This document shows, one piece after another, positions 17,601 to 26,452 of a stretch of DNA of 64,000 nt. Location: IMG/VR virus record IMGVR_UViG_3300050025_000577; one strand, given 5' to 3'. Position 1 is the first letter of the stretch. Each line of letters begins with the position of its first letter. Source of the DNA: a virus. Made by a program: the position numbers and the translations under genes. Below the pieces are notes generated by a model that did no database searches, was not told the DNA's origin, and saw only the letters and a list, made by a program, of their open reading frames with translations.

Positions 17601-18203
17601 ATGACCGATACCCCCGCTGTACGACACATCAATCTCACCATCGCGGAACGAGCCGACCTGGCGAAGCAGCAAAAGATCGAGCAGGCGGTCGCCCTGTTCC
17701 TTGACTTGCAGCACGACCATACCTGGAAGGAGATCGCCGACGCTCTGGAGATGAGCCTGGCTTCGCTCAAGCGGCTGACGCAGACCACGGAGTTCAATTC
17801 GGTTTATCAGAACGCGCTTTCCACGGTGGGACATGATCCCCGCCTGGCCGCTATTACATCCAACCTGGGAGACCTGCTCCCCATGGCATACCGCAGACTG
17901 AGGACCATTTTGTCCAATCCGCAAAGCGATGACCGTGTCGCCATGCGCGCCATCGAGAAGCTGTTTGATTGGACCAGGCTCACGGAAAACGATGGGAACG
18001 ATGATCCGGCCACGCTGACCAGTTTCCTTCAGCGTAACGGCGTTAGAGTGGAAGGCAATCTCAACCTTATTCAGATCAATGTGCCGCAGGAATTCCGGGA
18101 AGCCTTCAGCAAGTTCCTCTCTCCAGGCACACCCATCCATGATGGCGAGGTGATCGAAGTCGCTCCGGCGACACCGGAAGAACCCACTGGGCAGGCCGAT
18201 TGA
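17601..18203 (+). CDS. HTH protein; terminase small subunit-like or regulator
   Basis: TWKEIADALEMSLASLKRL HTH, helical middle, NLNLIQINV C-terminus. Confidence 0.6.
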   Translation: MTDTPAVRHINLTIAERADLAKQQKIEQAVALFLDLQHDHTWKEIADALEMSLASLKRLTQTTEFNSVYQNALSTVGHDPRLAAITSNLGDLLPMAYRRLRTILSNPQSDDRVAMRAIEKLFDWTRLTENDGNDDPATLTSFLQRNGVRVEGNLNLIQINVPQEFREAFSKFLSPGTPIHDGEVIEVAPATPEEPTGQAD

Positions 18204-18215
18204 CCTGCCCAGTCG

Positions 18216-18623
18216 TTATGGAAGCTCGCCGTTGAGATTTGCTTCCAGCAGTTGAAGGCTTTCTTTCCATAACCTGCGATAAGTAAATGGATACATAAAG
18301 TCTTTGGCCGCTTCTTCGATCTCTTTGCGAAGCTCTTCGAGCGTGGCGGACACAATGGGACGCCCGTCACGGTAAATGATCAGCGTGTCATCTTCCACGA
18401 TTTCCCCAATGAACGCCTCGTCGCAGAGATAGAAGTACCTGCCTGGAGCCTCGGCGGGTTTCCCGGTTTGCATGGGCTTGAGCCTGAACAATGCCCCGGA
18501 AAGAATGGTCACCGCCAGGATCGCCAGCAGGATACCCATCCAGATATAAGTGGTGAAGATAATCAGGGACGCACCTGCCGTCCCTAGAATCAATACCAGG
18601 ATCGCATTTCGTTTTGTGTGCAT
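18216..18623 (-). CDS. Membrane-anchored hypothetical protein
   Basis: Two N-terminal hydrophobic segments. Confidence 0.6.
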   Translation of the reverse strand: MHTKRNAILVLILGTAGASLIIFTTYIWMGILLAILAVTILSGALFRLKPMQTGKPAEAPGRYFYLCDEAFIGEIVEDDTLIIYRDGRPIVSATLEELRKEIEEAAKDFMYPFTYRRLWKESLQLLEANLNGELP

Positions 18624-18624
18624 A

Positions 18625-19227
18625 CTAATCCCACCAGAAGCGGAACGAAAACTTGCCGGCGTCGTCCGTGACGACTCCGTGTTCGTCGGCTTTATATAGC
18701 TTTGCGATTTGGTCTAGCTGCTTCGCCAGCACGCTACTCAGGTTGTTCCAATTGACGATGTAGTTCTTATATACATTCACATAGAGAACGCGGCTGAGTT
18801 CCATGCCGACTTCATAGACATGATGCTGCCGGCCATTGTTCAGGCAGCGCGGCCCAAAGTATGCCGGCGGAATGAGAGCATCGATGTCCCGAACGAGGGC
18901 TCGCTGCAAGGGCAGTGCGCTGCCTTCAGCGAATTCCAGCATTTCACTGGGAGATAACGCCGCTCGCCAGGTAATCTGACTGCCGCGCAGTCTTTCGAGG
19001 GAAAGCAGGGTTTGGACAAAACTCGTCGGGGCGTGTTGATCGTTGACGCCGACCAGTTTCCACACTTCCACGAAAGTCCGCCCGCATTTTCCGCATTGGA
19101 CATACGAATTGGGCAATTGATGCTCCTCATAGTGGATATTTTTATTTCCACAATATGGGCAGTGGTGCGGGTCGATCAGATAGGCAAGCAGTTGGTCCAG
19201 AGGAATGAGATCGTTGGTGACGTTCAT
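18625..19227 (-). CDS. Zinc-ribbon hypothetical protein
   Basis: CPYCG...CGKCG; GGAGG RBS. Confidence 0.65.
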   Translation of the reverse strand: MNVTNDLIPLDQLLAYLIDPHHCPYCGNKNIHYEEHQLPNSYVQCGKCGRTFVEVWKLVGVNDQHAPTSFVQTLLSLERLRGSQITWRAALSPSEMLEFAEGSALPLQRALVRDIDALIPPAYFGPRCLNNGRQHHVYEVGMELSRVLYVNVYKNYIVNWNNLSSVLAKQLDQIAKLYKADEHGVVTDDAGKFSFRFWWD

Positions 19228-19314
19228 GTTGCCTCCACTACGTGGTGAGCAGGAGCCTGCCGGTCTCGCCACTTTGCCAGGCGACGGACGCAAAGCGCGG
19301 TTACGATCCGCGGA

Positions 19315-20214
19315 TTATTTGGTGATCGTTTGAACCGGCTGAGCCACACCGTTGACGGTTACGATATAACCCACCGTGACGGAAGAAATGGATACACTGA
19401 CATCAGGTGCCGCTGGCGGTTGCGGTAGAGGTAGTGTCGGAGCCGGCACAGGTACTGGAGCCGAACGCGCCGCAAGCACAGCCATATATCCATCGCTTGC
19501 AGTGTTGAGATCATTCAAGAACCATCCTTGAGAACGCCCGTCGTCTGCATATTGCCAGAGATCGGATGCTCCTGCGCCAGGGAAGTTATAGACCGTTGGA
19601 ATGGTTGGATAGTTGTCCACGTACATGGACTTGAGATACCCGGCAGACCAGTGACGATAGTCATTCAGCCAGGCCGGCAGGTTGCCTTGAGCGTTGGCAA
19701 TAAATGATAGGAAGTGCACCGAGGAATAGATCATCGGCTTTAATCCGGTGACGCCTTCCACGACGTTGAGCCAGAACTTGACCTGATACGCAACCGGATC
19801 GCCGGTGGGATACAGGTTGTTGTATTTGGATTGGGACATCCCAAAGGGCTTGACCGGAGGCTCGTACTCAAGGTCCAGGATCGGCTCCATTTCAGGCAGC
19901 CATGTCCCTTTGATGATCGCTCCGGTTCCATCGCGGGTCAGATTGACCAGTTCGCCAATGCTCGCCATCTGTTCCAGATAATTCTGGACCTGCGGCGTGA
20001 CATCGTTCAACTCGAAGAAGTGATAGGCTCCGCGGAAGATGCCCAACTGTTTGGCAATCGCCAGGAGCGAGATCGAACGATCTTTATCGCACTTCCCCTG
20101 GCTGGCCTTTGCGACCACGAAGCCCGGCTTGGGATCCGCCTTCGTCAGATCGATCGGCATTTCCTCGGAATAAAAGTCGTACCCAATATTTTTCTTCAAC
20201 TGATAAGCTGGCAT
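19315..20214 (-). CDS. Endolysin, GH25 muramidase
   Basis: VAKASQG, GAYHFF, ILDLE, PMIYSS, LWQY; Pro-rich C-terminal linker. Confidence 0.88.
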   Translation of the reverse strand: MPAYQLKKNIGYDFYSEEMPIDLTKADPKPGFVVAKASQGKCDKDRSISLLAIAKQLGIFRGAYHFFELNDVTPQVQNYLEQMASIGELVNLTRDGTGAIIKGTWLPEMEPILDLEYEPPVKPFGMSQSKYNNLYPTGDPVAYQVKFWLNVVEGVTGLKPMIYSSVHFLSFIANAQGNLPAWLNDYRHWSAGYLKSMYVDNYPTIPTVYNFPGAGASDLWQYADDGRSQGWFLNDLNTASDGYMAVLAARSAPVPVPAPTLPLPQPPAAPDVSVSISSVTVGYIVTVNGVAQPVQTITK

Positions 20215-20368
20215 GGTTCTCCTGATAAAGATGGAACTCAGATAGATCCAGTGGAAATTTCACCTACCATCCTGACTATTCGACGCGGTAAGTCTACTTG
20301 GCACGGGTCCAAGCTGGAGCCGTTCTTCGCGGCCCGTTTAGCAGGGCAGGCGTCTAAGCCGCCCTGTC

Positions 20369-20587
20369 TCAATCTGGTCTGTTTTTCAAGAACTCATTAC
20401 AGAGATTTTGTCCTAGCTTTATTGTTTCCTCCCTGGACATCCCGAACACACCGTATCGGCGCAGAATATTGTTTAGAAGATAGTGCGCACCGCTTGCACC
20501 AGCGCCGTCCAATCTTTCTTTAGCTTCATCCACTGCGTTTTGAAGTTCGATGTATTGATCGTAGGTTTGAATTTTAGATTGCGCCAT
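20369..20587 (-). CDS. Hypothetical phage protein
   Basis: ATG at 20587 (MAQSKIQ). Confidence 0.5.
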   Translation of the reverse strand: MAQSKIQTYDQYIELQNAVDEAKERLDGAGASGAHYLLNNILRRYGVFGMSREETIKLGQNLCNEFLKNRPD

Positions 20588-20803
20588 AATAAGCTCCTCT
20601 GCATTTTCCAAAATCCACTTTCCAGCCCAAAGCACGTTCCGACGAATAACTCTGATCGTCGATCGGCAATGGGCGTATGTATTCGCATAGCTTCGAGCTC
20701 TTCTGCATAGAGACGGCGAAGCAATCGGATCTTGATGAGTGCGTGAGTGTGTCTCATGGCGTCTCCATTGTACTGCATGATAGGCTGTGCTTCAACCAGT
20801 GGC

Positions 20804-21043
20804 TCAATGAAGTCTGCCTGGCAGCCTTGCCAGCCTTCGCATGGCCTTCGCCATTTTCTCCGCCTTCATCGCGATCACTCTCAAGGCATGCAGGTTGGTG
20901 GAGATCTTGTCGGAGGCCAGTCCTTCCGCGATGGCTTTCCTTTCCGTTTCCGTGAACAGCATCTTTTCCATCTCGCCATCCCCAATGGTCAACGTGATGA
21001 CCGTGGCAAGATGTTCTTCATCGCGCGCTTTGGTCAGATCCAT
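20804..21043 (-). CDS. Hypothetical phage protein
   Basis: RBS GAAAGG; first clear gene downstream of the structured region. Confidence 0.55.
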   Translation of the reverse strand: MDLTKARDEEHLATVITLTIGDGEMEKMLFTETERKAIAEGLASDKISTNLHALRVIAMKAEKMAKAMRRLARLPGRLH

Positions 21044-21044
21044 A

Positions 21045-21547
21045 ATGCCTTTCCGTTGTCAGAAACTTTGATGGGAGCCATTTGCGGCTCCCATCGCGAG
21101 CAGAGCGTCGCACAAGGGGTAGGGTCTCGAATGAGAGGCGACTTTTCACGTACTCTGCTTGATTTGCGTATTCGGCACTGAAGGCGTCCCTCCAGTGCCC
21201 GGCGATATATCGCCGTCCACGTCCACACGCATGCGTCATCTTATGTCACTCGGTCACAATTAGTACAGGAATGCGTGCGCGTTGCTACAGGTCGTGCCAC
21301 GTACTTATCAACTTAAGTTTGATACCTAATCCGGACGGAGTCCTCCAGGTGGTCGCCCACCTGGAGTTCCGTGTGGCGCACCCACTGCGCCTGACCCACT
21401 GCAACCCGACATCACAGCGGATCGAGCAGCCCGCAGGCTGCATCAGAAAGGAGAAGAAATGTCTGCCCTCGGCAGAGACATGGATTGAAATTGCTTTCAA
21501 TCCATGTCTCTACTATTGGTCGTCGGTTGTTAAGGTTCAAGTGTTAC
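21045..21547 (-). ncRNA. Candidate large structured non-coding RNA or leader
   Basis: Promoter at 21554-21582; at least 8 hairpins, incl. 17 bp/GCAA (21474-511) and 10 bp/GCGA (21343-66); no convincing ORF. Confidence 0.5.
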
Positions 21548-21553
21548 ATTACA

Positions 21554-21582
21554 AATGTAACTTAACTATTCCAGTTTGTCAA
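21554..21582 (-). promoter_or_regulatory. Sigma70-type promoter with operator
   Basis: TTGACA, 17 bp, TACATT; CTGGAATAGT at 21574-65. Confidence 0.7.
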
Positions 21583-21593
21583 GGTGACGCCAG

Positions 21594-22016
21594 TCATCTG
21601 GTCTTCCGGACAATGATCGCTTCCGGTAATTCCGTTTCGATCATGCGCAACACTTCGTTCCAGTCGCCGCCCGCCAATCCCGAGCTCATGCCAAAGGGAA
21701 GATACACAGGTTTCTTGCCGGCATAGCGGCTGACTTCCTGAAGGCATGCTCTCAAGGCTTCGTAATCGGTGTACTGCCTATCCCGGCCAAAGCCATCCTG
21801 AGCGTACAAGTCAGCGATGGTTAGGTTCTCATCGACCTGGTGATATCCGACTTGCCCAAGTTTGGGCGAACGCCTTTGAAACTCTGCGTACCACTGCGGC
21901 CATCTGCGCCTGATCTGGAGCGCCACACCTGCCCCGGCCACTTTGCGGCAATTGACTTGGTGGCAGATAACGCCGCGCTCGACGCCAATGAGATCTGAAT
22001 TGATGATATGGGTCAT
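21594..22016 (-). CDS. Macrodomain ADP-ribosylhydrolase (Poa1p/DarG-like)
   Basis: ICHQVNC..GAGVALQI..WP; TDYEAL; YLPFGMSSGLAGGDW. Confidence 0.85.
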   Translation of the reverse strand: MTHIINSDLIGVERGVICHQVNCRKVAGAGVALQIRRRWPQWYAEFQRRSPKLGQVGYHQVDENLTIADLYAQDGFGRDRQYTDYEALRACLQEVSRYAGKKPVYLPFGMSSGLAGGDWNEVLRMIETELPEAIIVRKTR

Positions 22017-22018
22017 AT

Positions 22019-22186
22019 TTACCAGACGGAAAGATAGAAGTGCGCACAGCCGAGGAGACTGATCCCGATCAGGATGAACTCGTCACTTCTCACTGTGCCA
22101 AGCATGAACGAAAATGCTGTGAATATCCCCTCCATCAACTTGAACCCCAACTCCAAACGGATGTGAAAGAGCGTCACGTCAAGCAT
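22019..22186 (-). CDS. Small hydrophobic protein
   Basis: GGAG RBS, 55 aa, between 22179..22490 and the macrodomain gene. Confidence 0.45.
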   Translation of the reverse strand: MLDVTLFHIRLELGFKLMEGIFTAFSFMLGTVRSDEFILIGISLLGCAHFYLSVW

Positions 22187-22490
22187 ATGGTCTCCGGTAG
22201 TACCAGTGTGTGCCGGCTTTCGTTCTGCGATGCTGTTCCCATACATTGGTATCCAGCGGTGGACGCAGCAGCGATTGCGCCGGCATGACTCGAATGTGAT
22301 CCCATAACGCGGCTTCAAATTCCGCCGAGATCATGAAGCGCGGTTGCTTTTGAATCACGCTGTTCCGCAATTGAAACCTGCCCACCTGGTCCAGGATCTT
22401 GCCCTTCACGATTTCTCCGACTACCGGAAACTTTTCCAAGGGCTGGATGATGACGGCGTCGAAGGTGTTTCCGATGTCAGGAAGTGTCAT
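22179..22490 (-). CDS. Hypothetical phage protein
   Basis: First gene after the promoter at 22530-22558. Confidence 0.55.
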   Translation of the reverse strand: MTLPDIGNTFDAVIIQPLEKFPVVGEIVKGKILDQVGRFQLRNSVIQKQPRFMISAEFEAALWDHIRVMPAQSLLRPPLDTNVWEQHRRTKAGTHWYYRRPYA

Positions 22491-22529
22491 TGAGACTTAT
22501 CCTTTGTGATTATGGTGTTATAATTTCCA

Positions 22530-22558
22530 AATGTAACGCAACTATTCCAGCCTGTCAA
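22530..22558 (-). promoter_or_regulatory. Sigma70-type promoter with operator
   Basis: TTGACA, 17 bp, TACATT; CTGGAATAGT at 22550-41. Confidence 0.7.
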
Positions 22559-23452
22559 TAGAGTTGGGGGTTCAAATATTGTCCAACAGCGCGCCGTCGG
22601 CAAACACGGTGGGCGGTCGAAAATTGGCCGAATAGCGCCGAATGGCACCTGCACGATGCGCAAAATATAAAGTATCGTGTAATTGACGTATGGCCCATTT
22701 TTTGTATAGCATGGGGAGTAAAATAGATGGCATGGAGAAAAGAATATTCCAATCCTATTTGGTGATTGTGGTGGGAAGTTTATTAATAGGGATTCTCGCA
22801 ACCATCATAGCAACTCTTGGGGGATACATGAATATTGTTCATTGCCCTCCTCAATTCGCAATTTGTTCTATCGTTAATATGATATTGATAGCATTTGTTT
22901 TCACAATTCCTTTAATTGGTTTTGGTAGCGTCGCAATTAGACTGTGGTCAAAAAATCTCATTTCTAAAATCAGGGTGGAGGAAATTCTTGATGGTGATAT
23001 TAGACATAATTCAGGATGTATCAGTTTAAGGATAACAAACAAGTCTGACAATGATTATTTAGAAAATCTGATCATTCAACCGATAAGAATTACTGCTATT
23101 GGGCCAGTATATCTAAAAGATTTGCCAACAGAGGAGCGCCCATTTTTGAGCGAGATAACAAGAATTCCTCCAAACAAGGATATAGATATTTTGTTAGCAA
23201 GCTATGCTGGCATGGACGGTTTTATAGGACATATTACAAAATTCTATATTGCAACAGGACTTTACAGCAGAGAGTTTTTTCCTTATGACGAAACTTCTAC
23301 AAAAGGCATTGGCGACTTCGATATATGGAAAGCCGATTACGAATTGATTATTGGTGTTTCTGGGACAATTTCTGGCAACGATATATCTAAATATGGTAAC
23401 TATATACTTGACGCATGGGCTAATTTTTTTGTGTAGAAATGGGCTGTCATTT

Positions 23453-24208
23453 TTATCCTTCATATATTATATGATAAGGAAATCGTTGCATAAAAACTCT
23501 ACCTAAAAAATCTCTCGCGGATATTGTTATTTCAAAGTCATATTCTCCACGCTGAAAAGAAATTTCTTCTAAATTTGGAAAAAGTTCATCGTTTCGAAAT
23601 CTTTTTGGCATTCCTGAATCTCTATATAAACAAAATATTTCTTTGTCTGGATCAATTTCAAATAGATGTAATCTCCCAAAGGTATTTTTCTTAATTTTTA
23701 TCGAATCATAATCAAACCATGACGACTGCTTCCCGGTTGCTCCAATCATTGCATCAGAAATCATTTTGTTAATCAAGTCAGATTTTGTTTTAATTTCATG
23801 ATCTTCTCTTTTCGACTTCAGATATTTAACTGAATAACTGCAAACAGCATATAAAAATGATTTTTGAGGGCAACTAATTTTCATATAAATAATATTTCCA
23901 TCTCGATAAATATATGGGGAAAAATCCACCTCTTTTTTTCTTTGAAATGAATATTTAAATTTTGAAAATTGTTTAGCAATCTTCGACATTAACTTCCAGA
24001 TTATATAAGCCAAAACACCGGCAACAAGTAATATTATTATAAATACGATTACTTGAACAACTCGACAAAGAACTATGCTACTCCCACAGTAGCCAGAAGG
24101 AGATAAAAGCATATCGTTTACCAACTCCCCCAATAACACAAGACAAAAAGCAATAATGCCCTGCCAAAAAAGAGTCCATGTAAACTTAAGTTTTCCCATA
24201 GACCCCAT
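23453..24208 (-). CDS. Membrane protein, passenger gene
   Basis: Two N-terminal TM segments, beta-rich C-terminus. Confidence 0.7.
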   Translation of the reverse strand: MGSMGKLKFTWTLFWQGIIAFCLVLLGELVNDMLLSPSGYCGSSIVLCRVVQVIVFIIILLVAGVLAYIIWKLMSKIAKQFSKFKYSFQRKKEVDFSPYIYRDGNIIYMKISCPQKSFLYAVCSYSVKYLKSKREDHEIKTKSDLINKMISDAMIGATGKQSSWFDYDSIKIKKNTFGRLHLFEIDPDKEIFCLYRDSGMPKRFRNDELFPNLEEISFQRGEYDFEITISARDFLGRVFMQRFPYHIIYEG

Positions 24209-24301
24209 TTTACCTTGTTATTTAATTGTTGAATCATATTTCCTTTTCCTTTTATGGTTTTTAAACTATAATGATTAGAATAATTCAAGAGGAGAATCAA
24301 A

Positions 24302-24811
24302 ATGAAGACTTTCCTTGTTAAACTCTTCGGGATAATAGTTATCATTCTTATGTCGGGGTGTTCACCAATACAGCCAACCCCATCTCAAATAGAATTTTTA
24401 CAAACCGCCCAGCAACAAATTAATGAACTGGCAACTGCCAATCCCGATTCCGGATTGCACGAATGGATGCAAAAAGAGGGTGTAACCTTAACCGCCAAAG
24501 AAGTTCAGTATAATATGCCAAACAATCTTTACAAAAAATTTGCATTGACTGGTACAGGCGAATTATGCAATTACTACAATTGGGGATATGACGCTAGTAT
24601 AGAACCAAAATATTTCTGTGTAACAATAACACCTAGCGGAGGATATTTGGAAAGGTGGTATATTTATTTCACAAGAGAGGATTTTTCCGAACTCTATCAA
24701 GGCTTATTAAACAAGAACTGTTACATAAAAGTAATCGCAATAATAGAAAGATATGAAAATAATCAAGACAACATGGCAACCGCAAATACTGCGGAATGGA
24801 CTTGCTATTAA
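24302..24811 (+). CDS. Lipoprotein, passenger gene
   Basis: Lipobox-like LMSGC after a hydrophobic signal. Confidence 0.75.
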   Translation: MKTFLVKLFGIIVIILMSGCSPIQPTPSQIEFLQTAQQQINELATANPDSGLHEWMQKEGVTLTAKEVQYNMPNNLYKKFALTGTGELCNYYNWGYDASIEPKYFCVTITPSGGYLERWYIYFTREDFSELYQGLLNKNCYIKVIAIIERYENNQDNMATANTAEWTCY

Positions 24812-24984
24812 ATCGTTATTAACTTTCTTGTTAAAATAAAATCGGAAAGATGAGAGGAATGGACTTAATGGGATAGACTGAGCATCTGTTGAGGGTGAAA
24901 AACCTTCAATGGTTCAAATCGGGCTTTCATCGGCATACTTGTAAGATAAGTCTTATTCTATTATTAGATGATACTCGCTTAATA

Positions 24985-25122
24985 TTATCTTGCTAGTGCA
25001 TTTACTATACAAACAAACAATAATAAGAGCGAAATCATAACAACAATCAATACCATACAATTATCGTTTTTGACGCTGGCTTTTGCCACATTTCTCGCAA
25101 CTCCTCTACCAATTCTTTTCAT
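24985..25122 (-). CDS. Small membrane peptide
   Basis: 45 aa, MKRIGRG...LLLFVCIVNALAR. Confidence 0.4.
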   Translation of the reverse strand: MKRIGRGVARNVAKASVKNDNCMVLIVVMISLLLLFVCIVNALAR

Positions 25123-25126
25123 AGAT

Positions 25127-25294
25127 TTATTCCTTGTTTTTATCCTTGATCTCTCCGCTTGGAATAGGGGGCGATTTCAATAACTCTTTCAAAACATCTT
25201 TTTCATCCATGCCATAAAGAGAAATCTTTTTATTGTATTTGCTACTTCTTTTCTTGACAACCTTCTTTTTTACTTTCTTCTTTGTTTCTGCCAT
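25127..25294 (-). CDS. Small basic protein of the kind I associate with IS1595 transposase 3' regions
   Basis: 55 aa, KISLYGMDEKDVLKELLKSPP. Confidence 0.55.
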   Translation of the reverse strand: MAETKKKVKKKVVKKRSSKYNKKISLYGMDEKDVLKELLKSPPIPSGEIKDKNKE

Positions 25295-25324
25295 AATTTT
25301 ATCCTAGTGCTAGAATATGAGTGT

Positions 25325-25396
25325 GCCGCAGTAGCTCAAGGGAGGAGCGGAAACCTACTAAGTTTATGGATGTGAGTTCAAATCTCATCTGCGGCA
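25325..25396 (+). tRNA. tRNA-like gene, anticodon ACT, class-I body, no CCA
   Basis: Cloverleaf: GCCGCAG/CTGCGGC, GCTC/GAGC, AAAC/GTTT with loop CTACTAA, 5-nt variable loop, GTGAG-TTCAAAT-CTCAT. Confidence 0.7.
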
Positions 25397-25423
25397 CACT
25401 TCTTTTAATGCTACTTTCCGATG

Positions 25424-25564
25424 CTATCCGGCAATCAATTCCTTATATTGCAATCTTTTACCATTCGATTTCTTGATTGCTTCTATCATTCTTATTCCGT
25501 CTTTCTCGCCACGAGTATTATAACGATAATCAAATTCTGCAAGATAGCGGTCAAGATGTTGAGA
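25424..25564 (-). pseudogene. IS1595 transposase C-terminal fragment
   Basis: SQHLDRYLAEFDYRYNTR...GKRLQYKELI. Confidence 0.85.
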
Positions 25565-25657
25565 AGTAAGAAGGCTATTCATAAATCCCCCAACAATTAT
25601 TGGCATAGCAACATTGGCAACTAGAAAACCCGTGAGTTTTAATTTCATCTCCCAATT

Positions 25658-26452
25658 TTAACTTATCAATTTTCCGTTTTTCCATCTGCGAAAACTTGTA
25701 GCGTTTGGTGTGGCATCTCGTGCTTTTTTGAAAGAAACTCCAGAAGTTTTACCTTGCAACAATAAATAGTTGAAATAAGTTTGACAGAATTGAGATGCTA
25801 TTGATCCATGTATACTTTGAAAAGGAGCTATCAATGACTCGCAAACAGGAAGTTGAGAAAACATCTTGCCAAAGTTAGCGATCCCAGTTTCACAGCACAA
25901 AGATATAAATTGTTTTGGAAACACTCCATCCAAATTCAAAATATCATTGATCTCTTTAGATAATTTCCATGTATCTCCAAATTTTATCGAATTAGATTTT
26001 CCGTGACCAACAAGTATGACATGAGTTATAGCATTATGATTATTTTGCGTCTTCCAAAATCGGCTTAGTTCATCTAAACTTCTAACATCCCAATATAAGA
26101 CTTCTCCCTCTGAGAGCAATAAACTAAAATAATGGCGTAAAGATTCCCTTAGAGGATTAAGAAGACTATCTTCACTCTCAAAATCACCGATTTTCAAAAC
26201 CAATATCCCCAGCCGTTTTACTAATGCAGATGTTGGTATAAAACTAGAAACATCTTCAAGAAGCTTGATCTTAGCAGAACGATTTCTGATTTCAACAATC
26301 TCAGACCTATATAATGCTGATGGAGCATTTATATCAAGTCTCGCCCTCGATCTTGATACATAAACAATATCTCCAACCCGAAATTTATTTGTCATGTGCA
26401 ATATTGTATCAATAAATTCATTGATTAAATTACACAAATTATTTTTAGCCAT
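25658..26452 (-). CDS. CHAT/caspase-like protease with SH3/KOW-like N-terminus, passenger gene
   Basis: HVILVGHG ... FISLCCETG His-Cys dyad pattern; FRVGDIVYV N-terminus. Confidence 0.65.
   Translation of the reverse strand: MAKNNLCNLINEFIDTILHMTNKFRVGDIVYVSRSRARLDINAPSALYRSEIVEIRNRSAKIKLLEDVSSFIPTSALVKRLGILVLKIGDFESEDSLLNPLRESLRHYFSLLLSEGEVLYWDVRSLDELSRFWKTQNNHNAITHVILVGHGKSNSIKFGDTWKLSKEINDILNLDGVFPKQFISLCCETGIANFGKMFSQLPVCESLIAPFQSIHGSIASQFCQTYFNYLLLQGKTSGVSFKKARDATPNATSFRRWKNGKLIS

Noticed and set aside
21018-21500. ORFs 21018..21239 and 21285..21500 as real genes
   Set aside because: No clear RBS, atypical Arg/Ser/Cys-rich composition, and overlap with dense hairpins; not fully excluded
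24860-24935. GGTTCAAATC as part of a second tRNA (similar motif near 22569)
   Set aside because: No acceptor stem or D arm can be formed
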